Source: Bdellovibrionota bacterium FG-1 (GTDB lineage: Bacteria > Bdellovibrionota > UBA1018). Taken from it: a stretch of DNA of 54,778 nt. The first letter of the stretch is position 1. Each line of letters begins with the position of its first letter. The DNA lies in assembly GCA_051382295.1 (NCBI GenBank), contig JBBCAW010000058.1, forward strand, positions 1 through 54,778, given 5' to 3'. The position numbers and the translations under genes were made by a program. Below, piece after piece: positions 38,001 to 46,330 of the stretch. A model generated the notes under the pieces. That model was not told the origin of the DNA. It saw only the letters and a list, made by a program, of their open reading frames with translations, and did no database searches.

Positions 38001-38362
38001 TTCAGAAGATCAAAGCAGAAGGCATGTACGGTGCTGATCTTGGCTTTATTGAGGTTGTCCAGGATCTCAGCCGCGTGCTTTTGAAGCCTGGGGGCCGCGT
38101 TCGAGGCCACGGCACCTTCAAAAGCAAAACGGATGCGGTCCTTGATCTCGGTGGCGGCCTTGGTCGTGTAGGTGATGACGGCGAGCTTATCGGGGCTGAT
38201 GCCGCCATGGAGGAGTAGATTCTTCACTCGTTCTTGTAGGCAATGGGTCTTACCGGCCCCGGCGCCCGCCCTTACAAAGAGGCTATGGCTCAGGCCTGCG
38301 CGTTCTTCGCCGGTAATAAAATCGCGTTCACTTTGATCAATGGGTTTTTTATTATTGCTCAT
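35030..38362 (-). CDS. addA: AddA/RecB-like UvrD helicase-nuclease
   Basis: AGAGAGKT, TVHAFC, VDEFQD, GDPKQSIYGF, TNFRS, TIHSSKGLE, YVAATRA, C-terminal GIIDL..VDWKS. Confidence 0.88.
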   Translation of the reverse strand: MSNNKKPIDQSERDFITGEERAGLSHSLFVRAGAGAGKTHCLQERVKNLLLHGGISPDKLAVITYTTKAATEIKDRIRFAFEGAVASNAAPRLQKHAAEILDNLNKAKISTVHAFCFDLLKEFPVEFGIDPQCAIADERMTAAIRREVIRMFYEAEALDDPRYATELAARSRISETLGDSIPDELIFDLFEKLYLNRELKPRRLASGGETERARYHATCEKLVTEACHDILVGIEKVIEDETDKLYLKRPDILKTLKTHGITGEKNDEFTSFTKFLLLGGELPFSALGKQGSYTDADFLKTYKARIKSLKEIIADYQQEALVEAYNSLLEIFPAYRKIYDEFKRTHGYLDFQDCLILVRNGLRDQPALKTALGARFDAIIVDEFQDSDPLQVQILFHLAAAETVPGQPWEACEPIPGKLVFMGDPKQSIYGFARADISIYLKVMTLLISGNKKSDRILSTNFRSTPGIVKFINEHFQHIIQKHETEEFAAPAYEAMVAFKDEPPKTPAVQLLKLKLSLSTDTPETEGFGAKGTMGVEEYRKREAWATATWIKEQIEAGLAKPGEFMLLFRKAAGMHSYEDALLKLGVPVINSKETAFLQTPEVMSLIALMGILVEPRNRHYLFAALRTLYLGYTDEEIHDLFERCGPDLKGVKDVTLEKLAALDTSLLPLAEAASSPDALPVRFERACEALGIYSNSRGLNNEDIVSAVTNLTQILKAELALNHFNEKLTVENLIAGALKTAAFGQSDGDELSEDKLVLKTAKPSKVQLLTIHSSKGLESRFVLLVNPGAHCMTKIDVIVDRDNEEIVPVQFKFLGQSLSKISQLEKAIDRETIFKVEEEKRVLYVAATRAIENLYLVSNEGQEAGSFAAPLMSLLKEGFPIIERVLGPDYLTRHAPRAAGPAPKLATQTLAQTREQQAAACLALSKRDKRSEAVTTKLKAEAMELFTGNSGGKARGKDFGSLTHAVMEWLCRRSALGHSATQAQALAALTELNHSDYSCEKSELAPLEAGITRFLASPLYQKLRAATAVFPEVPFHVAGEVHGIIDLLYVDAEGAHIVDWKSDTFDSAERKAQVSAYYAKQVTAYAEALQEKLGQKIVSRECVYLIEGN

Positions 38363-41139
38363 TCACTCACCGGTCCTTCGAGGCACTCGGCCATCGTCGC
38401 GAGTTGCGGGGAGCTTTCCGCAAAGTAGCGTCTCCGTGTTTGGACGCCCCCACAAACCAGGCGGAAATCACAGCCCGTACAGGCCGCGTGGTTTTTATGG
38501 AAATGACCTTGGGTAATCGAATCATGGAGCAGGGTCATGAAGGCCTGAAACTGGGCGGTATAGTCATGGTAAGGAGCCTCGACAATATCCCAGCCGCCTT
38601 TTTCGGAGCTGAAGTAATAGCCAGTCGTGAGATCGGAGGGCTTCATCTTGAAACCGGATTGCTCGATGGCCCAATGGCCATAAATAGCGTGCTGGAAATG
38701 AACGTACCGGTCGGCGTCTTTGAAGAGGTTAAGGTTATCCCTATGCCGGTTCTTGCCGGTCTTGTAATCCAGGACGCGGTAAAGACCCTTGCCGTTGGTA
38801 TCCAGGCGGTCGACGGCGCCATTGAATTTGAGTGTTAGGGTTTGGCCGGCATTCTTCGGATCAGGCCAGCTAAACAGGAGTTCTTTGAAGGGTTCTTCGA
38901 CTTTTATGGGGTAAAAACCAGTTTCTTCGACCTGGATGATTTCACGCGCGATAAATTCAGAGGCCAGTTCGCGAATCTCGCTCAGTTCCTGTTCGATAAT
39001 GGCGGCTGGGACTCCTGCGCGGTTGGTGTCAAAGGCTTGGGCGGCGGCACTAATGATGGATTCTAGGATGCCGGGAGCTTCTTTCTTCATGAAGTTCAGC
39101 CAGCGAGCTGAAGTGGGTTCTTCTGCCATGAAGACGCGCGCTAGCTTTTCAAAAACCTCGTGAATCAGCTCGCCTCGTTCCATGGCATCGAGCCATTGGA
39201 GCCCAGATCGAGTATCCGTTTCCAGCGCGGCTACTCCGGCCACTTTTCTGAGATAAAACTTGTAGGGACAGGTAAAGAAATCCGCAATCGCGGAGGCGCT
39301 CAGGTCCCGTCCGACCAGCTTGGCCGCAAGGGCGGGCGCACTCACGCCGTCTTCGGTGTTATGGCGACGATCCGAGCGCCGACTGAGGATTTGGGTCCAG
39401 CGCGCGAATCGATCACCGACTTGGTCATGAGAGGTGAGCCATGCATCATGACTGAGAAAGGGGTTGCCGGCCAAATCTGCGGAGAAAAAGGTCTCGCTCA
39501 GGCCGCTGAGTTCGTAGATAGATTCGGCCTTTTGCGGGTAACCAAAGGCCCCCAAGACGCGGTTGAGAAAGGAAGACGGTAAGGAGAGGGCGCCGGACTC
39601 CAGATCGTGGCTTTCAAAGCCCAGATACAGGCTATTTCGGACGCCTAGGCAAATTTTCTCAAGCAGATCTTTTTGGATCTCGCGCGGTGTTGACAGGCGA
39701 AGTTCATGACCGAATTTGAGATGTTCGATGCGTTCATTGAGAGCCTGCCGCTCGGTATCCGTTAGGATGGGGTCGGGCGTGACCTTGGGCGGATAATGGT
39801 GGTCTTGGAGTCCCAAGACCGCGAGGTGACTCACTTGACAGCCAATCAGATCCTCAGGACGGCCAAAGAAGAGACCATGGCGATCCAGTTCGAGAGAATG
39901 GAGACTGAGTCGCGCTTCCAGGAGTTCGGAGCGCAAGCGGTCCCAGGCGTGGGAGGGTGAAAGCTCAACTCCGGGAAAGGCCTTCTGGGCATCTTGATAG
40001 GATTGGAGGAAGCTCAAGGCCTGGGAGCGGAAGGCGTCGTATATTGTGGGTAAATTTGGGGTGGTATGAGTGCATTGACGATTTTTGAAGTAAGTGCGGG
40101 CCCGCTCTGTAAAGGCCGCCGATTGCCCGGTTCGCAACTCAGTTTGGTGTAGGCGCTCGAGCGCAGCCAGGTCCTCCGCAAAGAACGCAAACTCAGATGC
40201 GAGTAACCCTTGCGACAGATTGAGCGGGATCCCTTGCGCTTGGCAGAACCGATAGACCCCACCGGCATAGTCATCGTAGTTGAGGGTGACCAGCGCGGTG
40301 GTACCGATGTCCCCACCTTGACTCAGCATCCAATCGAAGACCCGGCTCAAGGCTTCATCCCGCGTGAGCGAGGCGCGAAGCACGAGGCTTGAGTCGAGGG
40401 GTTGCCTTTCAGAAGTCGCGACCATGGGTTCATGATCAAGGAAGGAAGCCAGGCTGGTCTTAAATTTCTCTAAGCTTTTGGAATCTACGCCCGTCTCGGA
40501 ACGGAATCCGTCGACCGCGCTCTCGGGCGCGAAAATGTGCGCATGCTCGGCTAGCACTTCAAAAAGGCTGGTTTCGGCACCTTTTAGGTCCAGTTTGAAA
40601 GGGAGAATGAGGTCTGAATTGGCAATGAGTGAATCGTAGCGGCCCTTTTGAAGTTCCAGCACGACGTGTTGGAGAAGAACTGGGTAGTCCGAGACGTTTT
40701 GCTCGGTAAGGTAGGCCTGATAAAGAGTGAAAATCTCACGAAGGGAACTCACCTTTGCGGTGTTCTCGATGGCGTCATCCGCAAGATGAGAAGGTTCGTA
40801 GCCCGCGAGCCGCAGTTCATCCAGGCAATCAAAGACCTTGGCGCGAAGACCCGGTAGATCGAAGGCCTTTTTGAAATAATTCTGGCTCGACAGCTTCGCG
40901 CGCAAGCTCTCGCCCAGGAGTTCACGTTCCTCGGAGGTGAGTGCGCCGCGTGGAGTCGCCTGGGAAGCGTGGCCTGAGTGTTCGTGCAGCAGCTTGGCGA
41001 GCGAACGCAGGGAGTGGGCTTGCGCACCAAAGTGGGTATGGGCTTCAAGGATCTTGGCTGAGAGGACCTGGGAGCCGGTGACAACTAATTTATTACGCAG
41101 GGATTTAAGGTCGCAGCCGAGAAGCGTGGAGTTGGTCAT
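38359..41139 (-). CDS. addB: AddB-like protein with C-terminal Fe-S PD-(D/E)XK nuclease
   Basis: LSASAI..FF.CPY, RG.LIH, G.VDRLD, LDYKTG, CTGCDFRLVC; coupled to addA; start inferred. Confidence 0.82.
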   Translation of the reverse strand: MTNSTLLGCDLKSLRNKLVVTGSQVLSAKILEAHTHFGAQAHSLRSLAKLLHEHSGHASQATPRGALTSEERELLGESLRAKLSSQNYFKKAFDLPGLRAKVFDCLDELRLAGYEPSHLADDAIENTAKVSSLREIFTLYQAYLTEQNVSDYPVLLQHVVLELQKGRYDSLIANSDLILPFKLDLKGAETSLFEVLAEHAHIFAPESAVDGFRSETGVDSKSLEKFKTSLASFLDHEPMVATSERQPLDSSLVLRASLTRDEALSRVFDWMLSQGGDIGTTALVTLNYDDYAGGVYRFCQAQGIPLNLSQGLLASEFAFFAEDLAALERLHQTELRTGQSAAFTERARTYFKNRQCTHTTPNLPTIYDAFRSQALSFLQSYQDAQKAFPGVELSPSHAWDRLRSELLEARLSLHSLELDRHGLFFGRPEDLIGCQVSHLAVLGLQDHHYPPKVTPDPILTDTERQALNERIEHLKFGHELRLSTPREIQKDLLEKICLGVRNSLYLGFESHDLESGALSLPSSFLNRVLGAFGYPQKAESIYELSGLSETFFSADLAGNPFLSHDAWLTSHDQVGDRFARWTQILSRRSDRRHNTEDGVSAPALAAKLVGRDLSASAIADFFTCPYKFYLRKVAGVAALETDTRSGLQWLDAMERGELIHEVFEKLARVFMAEEPTSARWLNFMKKEAPGILESIISAAAQAFDTNRAGVPAAIIEQELSEIRELASEFIAREIIQVEETGFYPIKVEEPFKELLFSWPDPKNAGQTLTLKFNGAVDRLDTNGKGLYRVLDYKTGKNRHRDNLNLFKDADRYVHFQHAIYGHWAIEQSGFKMKPSDLTTGYYFSSEKGGWDIVEAPYHDYTAQFQAFMTLLHDSITQGHFHKNHAACTGCDFRLVCGGVQTRRRYFAESSPQLATMAECLEGPVSE

Positions 41140-41474
41140 GGGTCCAACTATTGTCTCACCCTCCGGGGATGTGCGGGAGGGGATAGTGGGAAAAAGCATA
41201 CGGGGATGGGAGTCAGGGGCTTGACAGCGTTCGTGCCGAAGTTTTGATTCAATATGCCGTCGAGCCATGTTTTCAAATTGGCGGTGACCCTACTGATCGT
41301 CATCAAACCAGGGCAGCATCAATTGAAGTGCAGCCAATGACAAGGTTAAGACGGATCGCCGAGACTCCAATAAAACTGAATACCTTTAAACTGCCTGGTA
41401 TCCCCGTTTCCTCGACTGTCCCCACGTGACACCGTCGAGTGTTATGGTCAATAGATCAAAAGGGGACCAATCAA

Positions 41475-41855
41475 ATGTCGAAAAATACTGATCTTGAAAC
41501 CAATTCCACAAAAATCATCCAACCACTTGCAGCTTTCAGGCTTAAATCACAAGTGGACGGACCGTTTACCGGCGTGATCTTAACAGATCAGGTTATTCTT
41601 GGTCGCGCGCCGTCAATGGACGGCAGCATTAGAAATATTGTACTTTACGAGACCGGCTATGTGTCCCGTCAACACGCGCAAATCAATTACAAAGATGGAA
41701 AGTTTTTCATTGTAGATCTCCGATCTTCAAATCACACCTATCTGAATAACCAAAAATTGGAACCCATGGAGCCCGTCGAGATTCAACACGAGGATGAAAT
41801 CCGCATGGGTACAGCCGAAAATACCTATACCTTTTTCAGGCTGATCCCTTCATAA
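41475..41855 (+). CDS. Stand-alone FHA domain protein
   Basis: LGR, VSRQHA.I, DL.S.N.T.LN, D.I.MG. Confidence 0.88.
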   Translation: MSKNTDLETNSTKIIQPLAAFRLKSQVDGPFTGVILTDQVILGRAPSMDGSIRNIVLYETGYVSRQHAQINYKDGKFFIVDLRSSNHTYLNNQKLEPMEPVEIQHEDEIRMGTAENTYTFFRLIPS

Positions 41856-41858
41856 AAT

Positions 41859-41922
41859 GCGCTGACCTGGGCTTTTCGATCACTCGACTCAAACGTATCG
41901 TTCTTCCAGTCGACAATGTGGG
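41859..41922 (-). repeat. Diverged 64-bp relic of addA nuclease coding sequence (copy of 35133-35196)
   Basis: 53/64 nt identical by hand alignment; HIVDWKNDTFESSDRKAQVSA vs HIVDWKSDTFDSAERKAQVSA. Confidence 0.85.
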
Positions 41923-41931
41923 ATCGCTCCG

Positions 41932-42789
41932 TTACTCCCTGTCCACATTTCCATAAGCCCGAGTCAGCCCCATCTTTTTCTTGTAGTTGAAAAAGGTGCG
42001 GCGGCTCTTGCCGGTCAGATTCACAAACTTCGCTTCCTGCTCTCTTACCGAAAAACCGCCCTGAAAAATCTGCGAAATCACATCAGAGGTGTTGGACTTT
42101 CGAGGCAGCAGGTGAATAAACAACTCGCGCCAGGCCAGGGGATGTGTCGTCGCGAGTTCATAGCCCATTTTGAGCGTGCGAAAATTGACCTTCGCCATTT
42201 CCACACGGGTGGACCCGTCCATAAGAAAGCGCGCCACTTCAAGCGCAAGGTCCGAGTTTTCAAAATGGGTGGGCGATGCGGCCGCCACAAGGAGCATCCG
42301 TTTGGTTTCTTCGTCGTCGATATGGATTTGGTAACTCAAACAGCGCGAGAGGAAGGCCTCGGTTTCTTTGCCGGCCGAAACCATATTGGTGAGCAGGATC
42401 AGTTTGCCCGAGAAGTCCACGCTCGGCTGCTCGACCTTGTCGGAAGTACTGCCCCAGGTAACCCGTCGTGATTTGAGGGGAGTTGCGCCTTGACCACTGC
42501 TTTGCCAAGTTGCGGCCTTGAGAATCGCCATCGCCTTGGGATCGCTAAACACGCCCGCGCAATCATCCAGTACGATGATCGAATCCGGGTTTCGGCAAAG
42601 CGTGTTGTAAATGTGCAGGGGAGTTGCATAAGAGCCCGCAATGACCGCGTCCAAAGCCAACTCGGCGAGGGCCAAGTCGATCGTCGTGCTCTTGCCCCAA
42701 CCGGGGGGGCTCTGAACGACGAGCGCATGGAACGTCTCGCTATTCATGAGAGTTTTGATAAACGCCTGGATGGTCTCGACATGCTTCAT
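41932..42789 (-). CDS. P-loop (AAA+-like) ATPase with C-terminal HTH
   Basis: Walker A SPPGWGKST, Walker B IIVLDD, LTN sensor, SRC arginine finger, GKSRRTFFNY HTH-like end. Confidence 0.75.
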   Translation of the reverse strand: MKHVETIQAFIKTLMNSETFHALVVQSPPGWGKSTTIDLALAELALDAVIAGSYATPLHIYNTLCRNPDSIIVLDDCAGVFSDPKAMAILKAATWQSSGQGATPLKSRRVTWGSTSDKVEQPSVDFSGKLILLTNMVSAGKETEAFLSRCLSYQIHIDDEETKRMLLVAAASPTHFENSDLALEVARFLMDGSTRVEMAKVNFRTLKMGYELATTHPLAWRELFIHLLPRKSNTSDVISQIFQGGFSVREQEAKFVNLTGKSRRTFFNYKKKMGLTRAYGNVDRE

Positions 42790-42838
42790 GGGGTGCCCCT
42801 GGGGGCTTTTTGCATGGCGTCATTAATAACGCAAGGCC

Positions 42839-42868
42839 AAAGTGCAGGGAATGTGCAGCCTGCACTTT
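42839..42868. promoter_or_regulatory. Perfect 10-bp inverted repeat upstream of the ATPase gene
   Basis: AAAGTGCAGG-N10-CCTGCACTTT with an additional internal GTGCAG. Confidence 0.6.
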
Positions 42869-42891
42869 TAACGGCCCAGTGAGCGGTTCAG

Positions 42892-43059
42892 TTAGCGGCC
42901 CCGGTGCAGTCGTCGGTTAAAGGTCCCCAGCGAAATCATCTGACTTTGGGTGGTGGCCGCCTCCCTTTTTAGGGTGATCGTAGCCTCCCGGAGCAATCCC
43001 ACGACTGCCAGGATCAGGGCGAGGTTGAGGACGTAACCAACGAGTTTTCCGGTTTCCAT
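42892..43059 (-). CDS. Small single-TM protein (55 aa), absent from the ORF track
   Basis: METGKLVGYVLNLALILAVVGLLREATITLKREAATTQSQMISLGTFNRRLHRGR*; GGAG SD. Confidence 0.6.
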   Translation of the reverse strand: METGKLVGYVLNLALILAVVGLLREATITLKREAATTQSQMISLGTFNRRLHRGR

Positions 43060-43136
43060 AGTGTCTCCATCCGCGCAAATGCGCCTTCAGTTGACCTCGA
43101 CAAGCGAAATGGATAACCGGCAGGAGTGCCGCTTTT

Positions 43137-43460
43137 CAGTAAGACACCAGTAAGACAAAACTAAGACCACCCCAGTGTTTCGGCGTGATTCTCAGTGATG
43201 CTCTACTGGCTACGACCTCTGTAAGTCCTTGAAAACCTTTGCCCGTGTTATTGATATGATGGGGGGTGAAGCTTCAAATTCTGCTAAATATTTTGGAGGT
43301 TTTGTCGGCGGTGATGTGATTACAGTCACTTAGCTCCATTATCTGTCCTATTGTAGGACGGAACCTTTTTGTCACACAAGGCTTTTCGCTTGGATACTCC
43401 GCGTAAATAGGGTTTTTGCGAAATGCTGTGAAACGTTCTGAAATGATTTGTCCGAATTTC
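43137..43460. other. Putative att-like recombination junction
   Basis: TAAGAC x3 at 11-bp spacing (43140, 43151, 43162); IHF-like site 43222-43234; GAAA x3 at 10-bp spacing (43420, 43430, 43440); non-coding. Confidence 0.5.
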
Positions 43461-43464
43461 GATT

Positions 43465-44223
43465 TCACGCGGTGTCCTCGCCATCTTCACACACCAAAAC
43501 GTAGCGCGAGTCTGGTGCGAGGCGCTCGATGACGTAGGCAACATCTTCGTCGCCAGTGACGAGCATAGAAAATTTCGAGCAGAGGAAGAAATTAACGATC
43601 ATAGCGTCGGTGCTGCCGATGCCGTAGCGACCCACGATGTCGGTCATGTCCTTCCATGACGGCCGCTTCGTGAAGTGCTCGCCGGACTCGATCTCGCGCG
43701 TGCCGAGGAACTGAATGCCATAAGTCTCCAGAGTCGAATCCCAAGCGCGCGACAAGTACGAATGAAAGTAATCCTTGCAAAAAGACTCCCACACGATCGG
43801 CTTGCTCGGGTCCAATCTTGGTACGGACATCAGGCGTCGAAATTTTTTGAGCTGCTGGTCGTTGAACTTGAATAGCTTCTTTGCCTCGGTTGCTTTTTTC
43901 TTCGCGCTCTTGAGGAGCTTCAGTTGCGTGCGAAGCTCCAGTGAAAGCGAGACGTCGCCATCGGTGGCGTCGAAGAGACTGACCAGTCCTTCCGGGATCA
44001 GGACCCGGCGATGCAGATCGATGAACTCACTCCGAATATTTAAATTGGAGTACACTGGGACCTTATAATCGCGAAAGCGCAGAAAAACCTCTTCCGCCCA
44101 GGTGTTCAATCGGTCGAGTGGCATCGACGCGGCGAAGACCGCGTTCGTATCGACGATGCAACCACGCAACAACTCCGGCCTTTCCTCGATCAGTCGAGGG
44201 AACTCATTCAGGGTGACTCGCAT
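43465..44223 (-). CDS. PIN-domain protein with large insertion
   Basis: Acidic tetrad pattern IVDTN, RSEF, STDAMI, TGDED. Confidence 0.8.
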   Translation of the reverse strand: MRVTLNEFPRLIEERPELLRGCIVDTNAVFAASMPLDRLNTWAEEVFLRFRDYKVPVYSNLNIRSEFIDLHRRVLIPEGLVSLFDATDGDVSLSLELRTQLKLLKSAKKKATEAKKLFKFNDQQLKKFRRLMSVPRLDPSKPIVWESFCKDYFHSYLSRAWDSTLETYGIQFLGTREIESGEHFTKRPSWKDMTDIVGRYGIGSTDAMIVNFFLCSKFSMLVTGDEDVAYVIERLAPDSRYVLVCEDGEDTA

Positions 44224-44429
44224 CAGAGGTCCAAGTCAGGTGGCGTTTGTGGTCGCGCGATTTTTCTTTCAGGAGATTCCGGTTGTTTGTCTTTCTCCTT
44301 CTGCTCCTCGTTGCGTTTGATTTCCTTCAACCCGTCGATCAACTCCGGGCTCGGTTTCTGATTTCGCCTGATCTCCTCGAAGAGCTCGCGTGGTGTCTTT
44401 TTCTCTTTTTTGGGTTCGGATTGGTTCAT
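44223..44429 (-). CDS. Small highly charged protein coupled to the PIN gene (putative antitoxin)
   Basis: 68 aa, GGGAG SD, TGATG stop/start overlap. Confidence 0.55.
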   Translation of the reverse strand: MNQSEPKKEKKTPRELFEEIRRNQKPSPELIDGLKEIKRNEEQKEKDKQPESPERKIARPQTPPDLDL

Positions 44430-44512
44430 ACTGCTGTGTTCTCCCAGGGGGTAATAGTGCCCCTATTATTCTTAGGTTTTAACATGACTTTTGCGTTGGT
44501 AACATATTGAAA

Positions 44513-45721
44513 TCACTTAGGCTTACTCCCGTTGACGATCACCGCCAGCTGTTCCATGACCGCTGGATCAGTAGGGATGAAGCTGAGCCCCTCGGTGGCG
44601 CCCGCCTCGTCGACCCCGGCCAGGCGCACGTACCGTTGCATGGTTTTAAGATCCTTCCAGCCTGCGATTTTCATGACCACCGTGGCTGGTACTCCTGTCG
44701 CGATCAACTGGGTCGCAAAACAGGCCCGCAGCGTATGGAATCGAATCGAGGGAAGACCGTTGGCTTCACAAAATCCTCTTAAAATCTGCGCTTGGTAGCC
44801 TGACTTCCAATCTGAAAAATGAGGCAAAACATAATCGTCGGGACCGAGGGACTCGATGTTTCTTTCTTGCGTGAGAAAGCGGTGGAGTTCGCTCGAAATC
44901 GGGACTGTTCGCCAGTAACCCGATTTAGTCGGTCCAACGGTTTTGAGTCGTGCATTCCAGTTTCGTCGGACTCGAATCAAACCGTATCGGCGGTGGTAGA
45001 CGGGAACGCCCACCTGCTTTTCCGCTTCTTCCAGGGAGATGATCTCGATGTCTTGGCGTTTTAGTTCCTGAAGCTCTCCACTTCGGCAGCCGGTAAACAC
45101 CGCGGCCACCCAGATTGGGTACCAGGGATGGCCCTGCTCACGGGATTTCCGTAGGAGAGCCCGGATTTGCTCAATCGTGAGGATCTCCGGTGTGGTTTCT
45201 TCGCGTTCTTTCTCAAGTTCGACACCATAAACCGGGGCTTCTCTGATTCCTTTGATCATTCCCTCATCAATGCCCCAAGTGAAAATGGTATTGATGACAG
45301 ATTTGAGATGTTTACAAAAACTGTGCTTCTTCCCTTGAGCTTTTACTGCGTAAAGAAGCTCCCGCGCCTCTTTTCGGGTGATCTCTGAGGCTGGACGTTC
45401 AAGCCACGGGGTAGTCCACTTTTTCAGAAGCGAGACATAGTCGATGACTGTTGTCTGAACGTATTTCGAGGTTGGGTACAGTTCATGATGTCGAACCCAG
45501 GCATCGATGACCTGTTCCCATTTTTGGCCTGACGCTTCAAGTTCTGCTAAACGTTCCGTGAGTTCACGAGTGAGCTTCCGCTCCTCGTTTTGGGCCGCGC
45601 TTTCGGTTTCGATGCCCATAACCCGGCGCTGAACTCGAAGCGTGCGATCCTTACGGCTTCGAATATCGACGTAAACCTTCCAAAAAACGGCGCCATCTTT
45701 GTCATAACTGGAAATTGCCAT
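44513..45721 (-). CDS. Tyrosine recombinase/integrase
   Basis: TGCRSGEL, PTKSG, FHTLR..FAT, AGWK, MQRY; GGAGG SD before ATG 45721. Confidence 0.95.
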   Translation of the reverse strand: MAISSYDKDGAVFWKVYVDIRSRKDRTLRVQRRVMGIETESAAQNEERKLTRELTERLAELEASGQKWEQVIDAWVRHHELYPTSKYVQTTVIDYVSLLKKWTTPWLERPASEITRKEARELLYAVKAQGKKHSFCKHLKSVINTIFTWGIDEGMIKGIREAPVYGVELEKEREETTPEILTIEQIRALLRKSREQGHPWYPIWVAAVFTGCRSGELQELKRQDIEIISLEEAEKQVGVPVYHRRYGLIRVRRNWNARLKTVGPTKSGYWRTVPISSELHRFLTQERNIESLGPDDYVLPHFSDWKSGYQAQILRGFCEANGLPSIRFHTLRACFATQLIATGVPATVVMKIAGWKDLKTMQRYVRLAGVDEAGATEGLSFIPTDPAVMEQLAVIVNGSKPK

Positions 45722-45734
45722 GAATCCTCCTTGG

Positions 45735-45965
45735 TTAAAAAATTGAGGATTCAAGCAGTCGATCTAGCTCGATTCTTCGAAAGTAGAGCCTATTGCGGAG
45801 TTTTCTGGGTCGGAGATAGCCCCGACTCACCATAATTCTCAAAGCATTGGCCGTTTTTCGAAGATACTTTGCAGCTTCTTTCGAGTCCATCCAGGTAAGG
45901 TGCTCCAATCCTGGAGCTGGCACCTCTTCTGGTTTCCGTTCAGTCGCAGTATCGATTGTAAGCAT
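45735..45965 (-). CDS. Excisionase-like HTH protein
   Basis: WMDSKEAAKYLR......R.MV.RG.L...K..NRLYF.R.ELD; directly upstream of the integrase. Confidence 0.85.
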   Translation of the reverse strand: MLTIDTATERKPEEVPAPGLEHLTWMDSKEAAKYLRKTANALRIMVSRGYLRPRKLRNRLYFRRIELDRLLESSIF

Positions 45966-45979
45966 AGATTGCACCTCTC

Positions 45980-46330
45980 TCAAGAGTTACTTGTGTTGCC
46001 AGCGGCGAGCAGATGACCAATAAACTCGTCTTTCGACACCTTGCCGTGCGCGGCGCAGTACTCCTGGTAGCGCTTTTCCATGCGGTCCTTGTTCGAGAGC
46101 GTGCGCTGCCGGAGTTGGTCCAGGTGTGCGGGCTGGAGCAGGGTGATCGCGAGCGCCACATAGTCATCGGCCGTGACCGCCCGCCCGAAGTCCTTCTTGT
46201 TGAGTGCCGCGAGTTCAACCTGGACCTTTTTCTTGGTCTCACGCCTGACACGCAGGTTGTCGGTTTTGACGTTCTTGGACTTACTTTGCTTTGATGCGGT
46301 TTCTGGCTTGATCTGTACTACCTGATTCAT
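45980..46330 (-). CDS. Hypothetical protein, possible RHH-like regulator
   Basis: Overlap-coupled between relaxase and xis; NLRVRRETKK strand-helix start. Confidence 0.7.
   Translation of the reverse strand: MNQVVQIKPETASKQSKSKNVKTDNLRVRRETKKKVQVELAALNKKDFGRAVTADDYVALAITLLQPAHLDQLRQRTLSNKDRMEKRYQEYCAAHGKVSKDEFIGHLLAAGNTSNS

Noticed and set aside
43255..43290. TGGGGGGTGAAGC as a reversed tRNA 3' end (att core)
   Set aside because: No TTCGA T-loop or cloverleaf; cannot be supported
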